Assembly (NCBI GenBank): GCA_031290095.1
Contig: JAITOF010000045.1
Span: 5,538 to 69,537 of the forward strand
From: Candidatus Methanoplasma porotermitis
GTDB taxonomy: Archaea > Thermoplasmatota > Thermoplasmata > Methanomassiliicoccales > Methanomethylophilaceae
Direction of reading: 5' to 3'
Length of the DNA: 64,000 bases
Positions 19,207-28,203 of this stretch are shown one piece after another. Numbering within the stretch: the first letter of the stretch is position 1; each line of letters starts with the position of its first letter. The translations under genes and the position numbers were made by a program. Below the pieces are notes generated by a model. The model saw only the letters and a list, made by a program, of their open reading frames with translations. It searched no databases and was not told the DNA's origin.

Positions 19207-19216
19207 GGGGGGGGGG
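19207..19216 (+). repeat. G10 homopolymer tract in the leader of the LRR surface gene
   Basis: Read directly (aaaggaGGGGGGGGGGccag). It lies about 100 nt upstream of the ATG at 19320. Confidence 0.85.
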
Positions 19217-19319
19217 CCAGCCTTCGCCTAGCTCTATGTTCCGTGTTCTCGGTGGACACGGCAGAATCGTTATCCGAAAGCTTAACACGCGCCTTCCACT
19301 CCCATAGGGGCGTGAGTGA

Positions 19320-21730
19320 ATGAAACCGCGTTCTTATGCGGCGATGCTGGCCGTTGTCGCGGTACTCGCAGCGGGCGCGTTCCTCGCCTCCGACCAGGGC
19401 GCGCCTTTGTCGGACGCCGACGCGCCCTACGACAGCGGAAACATCCATTGGAACCTGACGGAAGGAGTGCTCACTCTGACCCTGAACGGCGCCGGAGGCA
19501 CGTACATGGAGGACTATGGGTACGGCGACGCGCCGTGGTACGACTGCCGTCTCTACATCGCGGAGGTCGTCGTCGGCCGCGGGATAACGTCCATAGGCGA
19601 CGGGGCGTTCTACGACTGTCGCGCCCTCTCCTCCGTAGTCGTCCCAGGAAGCGTGGCGTCCATAGGCGACGGGGCGTTCGCCAGCTGCTACAACCTCTCC
19701 TCCGTAGTCATCTCCGACGGCGTGAGAGCCATAGGCGACAGTGCGTTCTTCGACTGTCACGCCCTCTCCTCTGTCGTCATCCCCGGAAGCGTGACCTCCA
19801 TAGGCGACGGGGCGTTCGTCGACTGCAACGCCCTCTCCTCTGTCGTCATCTCCGACGGCGTGGTGTCCATAGGCGGCAGTGCGTTCGCCAGCTGCTACAA
19901 CCTCTCCTCCGTCGTCATCCCCGGAAGCGTGAAGACTATAGGGGACTGTGCGTTCACATCCTGCTATAGCCTATCCTCCGTCGTCATCTCAAAGGGCGTG
20001 ACGTCCATAGGCGACGGGGCGTTCAACTACTGCGAAACGTTGCGCAACATCCTGTTCGAGGGCTCTACGCCTCCGAAGCTCGGATATGGTTCTTTCGACT
20101 TGGCAGGCGAAAGCGGTTTTGCAACGGAGGCATACGTGCGGTCGTCGATATGGACGTCGCAAGAGGTCCTCGAAACCGTCTTCACGCGCGAAGTCATAGG
20201 CGACTCCGTCGTAAAATACGGAGGGGGCGTAGGCGACCCTCCAAACTCGCCTTCAGGTCCCGCAGGCGCGGACTGGAAGTATGAATGGTCCTCGGGAACG
20301 CTGACGTTCTTTGGTACGACCTTTCCCGACCGGGGCGAATGGGCCTCAATCCGGCCATGTGTGCGGCATGTGGTCATAGGAGAAGGCATAGATTCCATAG
20401 GCATCGCGGCGTTCTCCGGTGCTGCGCCCTCTCCTCCGTAGTCATCCCCGGAAGCGTGAAGACCATAGGCGGCGGGGCGTTCTCCATGTGTTACGCCCTC
20501 TCCTCCGTAGTCATCCCCGCCAGCGTGACGTACATAGGCGACAATGCGTTCCTCTTCTGCTACTCCCTGCGCTCGATCGTAATCCCCGCCAGCGTGACGT
20601 ACGTAGGCAACAATGCGTTCTACCGCTACTCCACCCTATCCTCAGTGACCATACTGGCGCCCGGCCTCGCCCTGCCTGCCACCGTGTTCAACGATGATTA
20701 CGCTCTCACAGCCATGTCTATCTACAACCCCGACGCCCCCGAATCAGGCACATTGTACATCGTGGCAGACGCCGCGAACCCCGGCGCGATAGTGGTCTAC
20801 TACGACGATAGCTTGGGCGGCGACGTCTACGCAAAGCAGTCGCCGTCGAAGGGGTCCCTGACCCTCTCAGGGTTCCCTGACATGGGTGCGGCGAGGATAG
20901 GCACGAAGACATGGATCGCTGACGTCTATGACCTAGCGGACCCCGCCGACTACGAGCAGATGGTCCTTGACGGCTACGCCCTGACGGCCCTGGACGGCGT
21001 GCCGTTCCCCACGTCGAAGCTCGGCGGCGCCAGGACCATCTACGCATCCTTTGGCTACTACTACGTCGTGTCCGCGTCGATCGCTAACGGCGAGATCGCG
21101 CCGTCTGGCGACGTCGGCGTGGTGGGCGGCGAGATCCGCGTGGCGGCGCACGGCGACGCGACGTTCGAGTTCGCCGCGAACCCCGGCTACGCCCTGCGGA
21201 GCGTCGAGATAGACGGCGACGGCGGCTCGCCCAAGGCTTTGGCCGCCCTCGCGACGGGTACGCACACGTTCCCCGGCGTGTTGGAAAGCCACACGATATC
21301 GGTGGAGACGGAACGCCTGGAGTTCGTCGTGACGGCATCGGCGGACTCGAACTCTACGATAGCCCCGGCAGGCTCCATGGGCGTCGCTAGAGGGGGGAGC
21401 GCCTCGTTCGCGTTCTCGGCGGGCGCGGGCTACGCCATAGCCGACGTGGTCGTGGACGGGGCGAGCGTCCCGTCCGCCGCCGCGTCCGGGTCGTACACGT
21501 TCGATAACGTGACCTCCAACCACACGATAAGCGTGACGTCCGCGCCGTCCGTCGGCAACCCCGACATTGGAGACGGCTCAGGCGACGGCGAAGGAGGGGC
21601 GGACAGCACCCCTTCTGGTACGACAGACATCCTGGCGATCGTCGTCGCGGCCATATGCATCGTTGCAGCATCGCTGTTGCTTCTGATCGCCCTTGCGCGA
21701 CATCGGTCTAAAGAATCGAAGTCGCCCTGA
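19320..21730 (+). pseudogene. BspA-type leucine-rich-repeat surface protein, interrupted by a single-nucleotide frameshift near 20415-20425
   Basis: Signal peptide MKPRSYAAMLAVVAVLAAGAFLA. There are many 23-aa repeats of the form IGDxAFxxCxxLSSVVIPxSVxS. ORF 19320..20441 ends ...IGIAAFSGAAPSPP*, while ORF 20285..21730 in another frame continues CCALSSVVIPGSVKTIGGGAF. Restoring one base gives AFSGCCALSSVVIPG, which matches the repeat consensus. C-terminal TM anchor ILAIVVAAICIVAASLLLLIAL. Confidence 0.7.
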
Positions 21731-22127
21731 AGCGCCTGTGTCAGACCGCCCCCGTCCCGCGAGGCCGAGCGTCCCAGAAACCTCTTCCCCAAACTGCTTC
21801 TCGACATTTTTGAGTTCTGCCCACGATTCCTCCGACCTTGCCTCCTTATGAGATTGGCACGCAGGCGACACGTTTTGAGGCCCTCGCACGTCCGAGCATG
21901 ACGGACTCCGGCACAGAACAGAGGAACCGCCACATGCTTCACAGGAGCCGTGTTTCTTGGCTCCGACCGCGTTCATGACGCGCTCTACGACGACATGTGC
22001 CGCATGGCACTGGCCCTTTGACAATCGCATATGTACGCTGCCGCGCCGGGCAAATTGAGAAGCATATTTCTTCACAAGGTACTGTTATATATGTCACATC
22101 GGATTATTGTTTGAAACGCAGGGAGGT

Positions 22128-23066
22128 ATGATGAGCCTTGTATCAATAGGTAACCGTGACGGCGTGTCCGCCGTGACGGCGGTTTTGGCAGTCGGGGCCG
22201 CGTTGATAATCGTGGCCACATGCGTCTACTTCGTCTTTGGAGGAGAAGACGAAGAAGAGAGCCCTATGGGCGACAGGCTTGCCGAGGGGTCCCAATGGAT
22301 TTACGGCGCCACAGGAGAATTCTACACAGGCGATGCCATCCTCGATGTTGACGGAACGATAACTTTGGAGGTTGTAGGAAGCAGCGACACGCACTATTTC
22401 CTGAAAATGACCTATGACCTGTCCATGAACGGCAATGCCCGCCCGATGCCTCCTGACTACAGGACTGTCAGCGTTAAAAGCGGCGTGCCCGACGGTGCCG
22501 ACAGCAACGGGGTATCGACAATAGAGACGTTTCAAGGAAAGAAGACAGCATCGGTGTGGAGCCTCAAGGAAGACCCCTCTACAATCAGATATTACGTGGC
22601 TGACAACATGGCATACCGTTTCTTCCTGGACCCTAACAACAGCGACACATACATCAGATGCGACCTCATCCAGCTCAAGCTGATATGGGTCGAGGACGAG
22701 GTTTCAGAACCGGACGTCGCCGAACGCAACTTCAATGCATTCAGCATCGAAGGGGACCTTCTGGGGGTCGCTACGATGAGGGCCGTGACTGCCAATGACG
22801 GAGACATCGGGTACGTTGTGGACGTGTACGCATCAGACAAACATCTGACGGTGAGGTACCTTGGAAACGTTGGGGGGATGCCTGACGACGCCGAACGGTC
22901 CGAGGTCCATGACGCGGCCTCGACCGGCGCGAGCGGAGCATATGCGGCGTCGTTGAAGCAGATCGGGTCTGAATGCGTGTTCTACGAAGAGAACGGCAGC
23001 ATCAGCAGCATCGAGGTGTACTTCGGGTCGCTGTGCGCATGGGTGTTGCTGGTCCCCTCAGACTGA
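22128..23066 (+). CDS. hypothetical membrane-anchored/secreted protein
   Basis: N-terminal TM segment VSAVTAVLAVGAALIIVATCVYFVF, then an acidic linker and a beta-rich domain. GGGAGG sits immediately upstream of the ATGATG. Confidence 0.5.
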   Translation: MMSLVSIGNRDGVSAVTAVLAVGAALIIVATCVYFVFGGEDEEESPMGDRLAEGSQWIYGATGEFYTGDAILDVDGTITLEVVGSSDTHYFLKMTYDLSMNGNARPMPPDYRTVSVKSGVPDGADSNGVSTIETFQGKKTASVWSLKEDPSTIRYYVADNMAYRFFLDPNNSDTYIRCDLIQLKLIWVEDEVSEPDVAERNFNAFSIEGDLLGVATMRAVTANDGDIGYVVDVYASDKHLTVRYLGNVGGMPDDAERSEVHDAASTGASGAYAASLKQIGSECVFYEENGSISSIEVYFGSLCAWVLLVPSD

Positions 23067-23672
23067 GCCGCTGTTCCCGGCATGCCTTCTGTCCAACTCG
23101 TTATGGATGACGACGATGCAGTGGTCGGCATGGAGGCTGTTAGGGCCTATGGACAGCTTTGCCGGCGACTTGGCCAGAATCACGTCCTCCTCCTCTTCGG
23201 TGAGGTCCTTGTTGTCTCCGAGAACGAATATGGGGTTGTCGGGCAGGTCGCACTCCCTGCAGTCGCCGCCGTCCTCTTTGAGATAGACGAGGCTCCCGCG
23301 CTCGGAAAGCTCGGATATGACGTCGGAGAAGGACATCCTCGACACGAACACGCCGGGAGAAGACTTGACCTCCTCTCCGGGAGGGATGGGCTTCATCAAG
23401 GCGTTGCGTATGAGGGAGGAGGTGCTCCTCTCGTCAGGATTCAGATATCTCAGGCTCTCTCCGGAGAACCTCACCGTCTTAGGGGCGTCGTCGCCCCCTT
23501 CCAGAACCAAGAACGCTTCTGCGTCCTTCCTTATGTCGTGGCTGAGGAAGAACACCGAGTTGACGCATCTGACGAGAATGTCCAGCCTCCCCGCGCCGCC
23601 TGCGATGTCGTCGAGTTTGAAGTCTCCTGTGGTGGCCGCCTTGTGGCCCGTGACGACGAAATATCGAGTCAT
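23058..23672 (-). CDS. trmY: tRNA (pseudouridine54-N1)-methyltransferase (SPOUT, DUF358)
   Basis: About 200 aa. MTRYFVVTGHKAATTGDFKLDDIAGGAGRLDILVRCVNSVFFLSHDIR...LNPDERSTSSLIRNAL follows the TrmY pattern as I recall it. The family is archaea-typical. Confidence 0.65.
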   Translation of the reverse strand: MTRYFVVTGHKAATTGDFKLDDIAGGAGRLDILVRCVNSVFFLSHDIRKDAEAFLVLEGGDDAPKTVRFSGESLRYLNPDERSTSSLIRNALMKPIPPGEEVKSSPGVFVSRMSFSDVISELSERGSLVYLKEDGGDCRECDLPDNPIFVLGDNKDLTEEEEDVILAKSPAKLSIGPNSLHADHCIVVIHNELDRRHAGNSGSV

Positions 23673-23673
23673 G

Positions 23674-25026
23674 TCACTGGCTGTCCTGCAGGCTGTCTAG
23701 ATCCATGCCGCCCAGCTGCTTCATCATCTGCTTGCGCATCTTGCGGTCCTTTCCGATGGATCCCATCATCTTCTTGCTCTGATTGTATTGTTTAAGGAGT
23801 TCTTTTACATCATGGGACGACACGCCCGCGCCGCGGGCGATCCTCTCGATCCTCTTTCCTTTGATGATGTTGGGCTCGTCCTTCTCGTTGACGGTCATGG
23901 AGTCCATGATGACCCTGAACTTGGAAAGCTTAGCCTGCGACGCCTCATAGTCGATCTTGTCCTCCATGTTGCTGAATCCCGGAATCATGGACATGACCTT
24001 CTGCAACGGCCCAAGCTTAGTGACGGCGGCCATCTGCTGATACATGTCGCTGAGGGTGAAACGCCCAGACAGCATGCTCCGGGCCAGCTGCTCCATCGCA
24101 TCGTCGTCGCCGATCTCCTCCTTTGCAAGACGCACAAGCGACGCAAGGTCCCCCATTCCGAGAAGACGGGATATGAACCGGTCCGCCTCGAACGGCTCCA
24201 AGTCGCGTATATGCTCCCCCGTGCCGATGAATACTATCCTGGCGTTCGTCTTTGCAACGGCAGACAGCGCTCCGCCTCCTTTAGCGGTTCCGTCCATCTT
24301 TGTGAGTATGACTCCCGTGACGCCGACGGCGTTATGGAACGCTTCCGCCTGAGGCCCCGCCTGCTGCCCGACCTGCGAATCGAGCACAAGCACCCTCTCG
24401 TTCGGTTTTGCCACGGCCGCGATATCCTTGACCTCCTGTATGAGGTCCTCTTCCAGCGCGTGGCGCCCGGATGTGTCGATGATGACTATCTTCTTGTCAG
24501 AGAACTTTTCTAGCCCTCTTTTTACGATTGCCGCGGCGTTCTTCTCGCCGGTCTCGCCATACACTTCTGCATTGACCTTCTCGCCCAGCTGCTTCAGCTG
24601 GTCAAGGGCCGCCGGACGATATATGTCTGCTCCGATCAGTCCGACCGTGAAACCTTTCTTGATGAAATATTGCGCAAGCTTGCCTGTGGTAGTAGTCTTT
24701 CCCTGCCCGTACAGGCCGACCATCATTATGGTTTGCGGCTTCAGCGCAAGACCTTCCCCGTTGTCCAGAAGGCCGACCATCTCCTTGTAGATGATGTTGA
24801 TGACGTGGTCTTTGGAGCTCTTGCCTGCTGGAGGCTTCTCGCTGAGCGCACGTTCCTGTACCCTGTTAGTAAGTTCCAAGACAAGCTGGACGCTGACATC
24901 GGCCTGCAGAAGGGCGCGCTGAAGCTCTTTGGACACTTCTCTGATGAGGCTTTCGTCCACAATAGTCGAACTCCCGACATGTCCGATAACGTCTCTCAGA
25001 GACTTTCCAAGGCCTTCCAACACCAT
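23674..25026 (-). CDS. srp54: signal recognition particle protein SRP54
   Basis: N domain, then the GTPase motifs GLYGQGKTTT, DTSGRH and TKMDGTAKGG. The C-terminal M domain is Met-rich. Confidence 0.9.
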   Translation of the reverse strand: MVLEGLGKSLRDVIGHVGSSTIVDESLIREVSKELQRALLQADVSVQLVLELTNRVQERALSEKPPAGKSSKDHVINIIYKEMVGLLDNGEGLALKPQTIMMVGLYGQGKTTTTGKLAQYFIKKGFTVGLIGADIYRPAALDQLKQLGEKVNAEVYGETGEKNAAAIVKRGLEKFSDKKIVIIDTSGRHALEEDLIQEVKDIAAVAKPNERVLVLDSQVGQQAGPQAEAFHNAVGVTGVILTKMDGTAKGGGALSAVAKTNARIVFIGTGEHIRDLEPFEADRFISRLLGMGDLASLVRLAKEEIGDDDAMEQLARSMLSGRFTLSDMYQQMAAVTKLGPLQKVMSMIPGFSNMEDKIDYEASQAKLSKFRVIMDSMTVNEKDEPNIIKGKRIERIARGAGVSSHDVKELLKQYNQSKKMMGSIGKDRKMRKQMMKQLGGMDLDSLQDSQ

Positions 25027-25087
25027 ACGATCGAGGCCTATAACGGGGCTGTCCTATATGAATATGCACGAAAAGCGATAGGGTGCG

Positions 25088-26380
25088 TCACGGGCCGTAA
25101 GTGCGGAATCTCTTGTTCATGACCGTGGACGCCACCACGCAGCCGACTACGAGGGATATCGCCACCATCGCCGCAGAGACGTTCGCCCCCTCCCTGAGAT
25201 CGATGTCTGTCACCAAAGAAAACAGGCCCGACGACTCGGAGACGAAGGTTATAGATCCCTCGACCATGCCGTATTCTACGTATGATGCGGCATTGTCGAA
25301 CTCTCGAACCACCGAGACGTCTCCGTTGGGAACGGCGATGCCGGTGATCGTCACGGCGACTCCCACATCGGGAACATATTCCTTTCCTGTAACGGTGTCG
25401 ACGAACACCACTTTGTAAAGGACAATTATCCCGTCTCTGGGGAGCTCTGCGACGAACCTCTTGTAATCGTCGCTTGATTTCGATAAACTGTCCACGGTCA
25501 TGCGAACGTTCCAAGGAAGGTCCAGCGCAGACGCGGCGCCGCTTGTATGGTTCACCGTTGCAGATTCGCTCATGCCTTTTTCCATTGCGCTCATGACCGT
25601 CTCGGACACCTGTTTCTTTGCATCGTCTGCGAGGGACATGTACGAACGGTACGCCACAGACACTTTGTCTGCGTCTTCATAAGTGTATACAGAATTGGGT
25701 ATGGACGAGATTTTGGATATTGCATCCCTTATGTCCATCGTAGGAAGTATGCGCATGATGCCTGGAACGAACGTTATCTGGTAGTTGGACGCCGACTGGG
25801 CTGGAATGACTGAGCGGTCCAGATGGATGTTGTACTCGAGGCTCTGCATGATCTGATGCTCGCCAACGTCGTAGCCGTCGTACACTACCATGCCGACGAT
25901 CTTGTCATTCCCTATCGGCGCCTTGGAGTAGGTCACTGTGAGCATGGGGTCGGGGTCGTTGAAGTATTTGGCCTTGTCATCCGCTTTGACGGTAATCTGC
26001 AACTTAGACACCGTGTGACTTAAGGACGACTCGACAGACGTGCCCGCATCCCCGTAAACCGCCTTTACTACATGGCTTCCGGCCTGCAGCCACTGGTATT
26101 CGATAGAGAACGTGGTGCTGGTCCCGCCATTGAAATGGAGGCTCTTGACAGGGGATAGCCCGCCATCGACGTATATCATGATGTCGTCAGACAGCAACTC
26201 TCCGGTCCGATCTAGCGTGAATCCGGCAGGAACCCCGTAATCCGTCACGCCGCTGCCAGATGGAGTCAGGTTGATCACAGCGCTGGTGGGCGAACCGTCG
26301 GTCGATGACACATCTGCCGATAGGACTAATGCAGATGCCGCAACCAGAACAATCGCCGCAACCAACATCAACTTCTTCAT
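25088..26380 (-). CDS. surface protein with signal peptide, MBG-like domain and C-terminal TM anchor
   Basis: MKKLMLVAAIVLVAASALVLSA leader. KLQITVKADDKAKYFNDPDPMLTVTYS...GNDKIVG resembles the MBG (YGX-type) adhesin-associated domain. C-terminal anchor AAMVAISLVVGCVVASTVM followed by basic residues. Confidence 0.55.
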   Translation of the reverse strand: MKKLMLVAAIVLVAASALVLSADVSSTDGSPTSAVINLTPSGSGVTDYGVPAGFTLDRTGELLSDDIMIYVDGGLSPVKSLHFNGGTSTTFSIEYQWLQAGSHVVKAVYGDAGTSVESSLSHTVSKLQITVKADDKAKYFNDPDPMLTVTYSKAPIGNDKIVGMVVYDGYDVGEHQIMQSLEYNIHLDRSVIPAQSASNYQITFVPGIMRILPTMDIRDAISKISSIPNSVYTYEDADKVSVAYRSYMSLADDAKKQVSETVMSAMEKGMSESATVNHTSGAASALDLPWNVRMTVDSLSKSSDDYKRFVAELPRDGIIVLYKVVFVDTVTGKEYVPDVGVAVTITGIAVPNGDVSVVREFDNAASYVEYGMVEGSITFVSESSGLFSLVTDIDLREGANVSAAMVAISLVVGCVVASTVMNKRFRTYGP

Positions 26381-26855
26381 AGCCCCGCCTCCGCCTGATA
26401 TGCTCGCTCATCGCGTCAGGCATATATTTCATTTTACCTTGGCCCGTGTCGGTGCAATCGTCGCTTACAGATCAAGCCGCGGCCCATGACTTGGCATCAC
26501 GGAGCACGCGGGCTGGTCGGAGCAGAGGCGGATGCCAGGCCGGACGATACGTTGATCCGTCCGGGGCGAGGAGGGGCGTGAGCCCTGAGGCCTCAGGCGC
26601 AAGACATCCTCGCACCCGTCAGACGCTGTAGAAAAATCGTGCCTTATGCAAGAAACGTGAGAAAAAGCCGCCGTTCAAGACAGAGCAAAACTGAAGTGCG
26701 GGAATAGGTCAGCCAGTCAGAAGGGATGGGATGCACTCTACGGGACTGACCTTTTTCCCCGGAAGTGATTATCTATTGGGCCGTATTTAATTGTTTCTTA
26801 AAAAAGAAGTAAAATGTTTGAGTAAAAAGAGGTTTTACGGACGGGTCCGGCGTTG

Positions 26856-28016
26856 TCAGAGATATCCTGACTTCTGAAGCGTCATCAGGTTGTCCGTGCT
26901 GAGCTTCTCTCCGGCTTTGAAGCGCTCGAAGATCTCCTTGGCCTCCTTCTTGGTGCCGTCGTCGACCCTCTTCTTCCTTGCCGCGCTCTTCTTGTTCCTT
27001 GAAACCATGACGTCCTTGTCCATCTCGTGGACGGACTTGATCTGCTCTATGTGTTTCCGGTGTTCTTCGTCGGCGGCCTGCTTGCACTCGACAAACTTGG
27101 CTTGTGCGGCATCGGCCTCTTTTCTAAGCCCGTCGGCCTCCTCGTAGAGCTTGAGCATCTTGTCGTGGGCATGTTGCGCCGCCTCGGCGTGCTCGGAGAC
27201 CTGCTTGTGGCAAAGCTCCGCCTCTCTCTTGGCCTCTCTGAGCTGGTCGATGATGTTCTTGATGTCGTCGTTCTGCTCCAGCGACTTCTCGCGCTCCTCG
27301 ATCTGACGCGCTATCTGCGAGATCAGCTTGACGATCTCGTTCTCCTTGTCTTTGCCAAGGGACTGCGTCTGCTGTCTGTGTTCCAGGTCCTGAAGCTGCT
27401 TCCTGAGCTGTTTTACGGACATCTCGCCCTTGTCCTCGGAGGGTTTGTCGGGCCTGAGGACCGCAATCTGGTCTTTGAGGGCGGAGACTTTCTGGTTGTG
27501 CTCGTCTCTGACAACCTTGGTCTCCCTGACCTTCTGGTTGAAGGAGTCGCGCTCCTCTCTGCACTTCCCGGCCTCATCGACAAGTTCGCGGACGCGCCCG
27601 TTGAACGCATCTCTTTTCGCCTTCCACTCTTTTGTTTGACCGTTCAGCTCGTCCCTCATGCGCCTGTGTCTGTCTGCATCGTTGTTCACGATGCTACGCT
27701 TCTGCTCAAGATCCTCCAGATTCTCGGTCGATGCCTGTCCATCGGCCTCTACGGCCTCGGCGGGCTCTTCAGTTGAAACTTCCAGATCTTCGGCAGACAC
27801 CTGCTCCTCAGCCTCTTCAGTTGAAACTTCCAAATCTTCGGCAGATGCCTGCTCCTCAGCCTCTGCAACCTCGGCAGGCTCTTCGGTCGAAACCTCCGAA
27901 TCTGTCGGGACGTCTACAACCTGTGCCTCCTGCTCTGTAGCAACATCGACGGTGTCCGCCGTCTGTTGTTGCTCTTCCTGAGAATCGACCTGCTTTTCCT
28001 CCACAAACTCATCCAT
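26856..28016 (-). CDS. archaeal coiled-coil protein (COG1340-like) with acidic repeat N-terminus
   Basis: Long heptad-rich K/E/R/D region and a C-terminal EIFERFKAGEKLSTDNLMTLQKSG motif typical of COG1340 proteins. The N-terminal 100 aa are acidic and carry repeated AEDLEVSTEE units. Confidence 0.6.
   Translation of the reverse strand: MDEFVEEKQVDSQEEQQQTADTVDVATEQEAQVVDVPTDSEVSTEEPAEVAEAEEQASAEDLEVSTEEAEEQVSAEDLEVSTEEPAEAVEADGQASTENLEDLEQKRSIVNNDADRHRRMRDELNGQTKEWKAKRDAFNGRVRELVDEAGKCREERDSFNQKVRETKVVRDEHNQKVSALKDQIAVLRPDKPSEDKGEMSVKQLRKQLQDLEHRQQTQSLGKDKENEIVKLISQIARQIEEREKSLEQNDDIKNIIDQLREAKREAELCHKQVSEHAEAAQHAHDKMLKLYEEADGLRKEADAAQAKFVECKQAADEEHRKHIEQIKSVHEMDKDVMVSRNKKSAARKKRVDDGTKKEAKEIFERFKAGEKLSTDNLMTLQKSGYL
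27765..27860 (-). repeat. 2 x 48-nt near-perfect in-frame tandem repeat inside the coiled-coil gene
   Basis: Units 27765-27812 and 27813-27860 differ at 3 positions. A diverged third copy follows. The units encode EEQ(A/V)SAEDLEVSTEE. Confidence 0.8.
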
Positions 28017-28159
28017 AAATCATCACTCATTCATTCAACTTGGCCAGTGATAGAAGCACGGCCCACTTCCTAGTTGGGGATAAGCATATGCTTTATAAGT
28101 ATTTCCATGAAAGACTGTGATTTTATCTGCGTGCTGGTTTCACATGCGCCGCACGCGAC

Positions 28160-28175
28160 TATAGAATATAAATAA
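28160..28175 (+). promoter_or_regulatory. TATA-box-like element upstream of purB
   Basis: tatagaatataaataa lies about 30-45 nt upstream of the purB ATG (28204). This is consistent with an archaeal promoter and a very short leader. Sequence pattern only. Confidence 0.3.
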
Positions 28176-28203
28176 CTCAACGCGATGCGACACCTGATGT
28201 GAA

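Noticed and set aside
19560-20640. Regular ~69-nt periodic repeats that could at first glance suggest a repeat array or CRISPR
   Set aside because: The period is in-frame (23 aa) and encodes the LRR consensus IGDxAFxxCxxLSSVVIP. There are no unique spacers and no cas genes.
21578-22075. 165-aa minus-strand ORF with several Cys residues in the gap after the LRR gene
   Set aside because: It runs about 150 nt into the 3' end of the LRR gene and has no recognisable motif and a mixed composition. A shorter real gene (about 21735-22030) cannot be excluded, but I cannot support one.
26531-26546. GCCAGGCCGGA, resembling the conserved SRP RNA helix-8 segment (CCAGGCCCGGAAGGGAGCA), not far from srp54
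   Set aside because: The match stops after GGA. The GGAAGGGAGCA continuation and the complementary strand of helix 8 are absent, so I do not call an SRP RNA.
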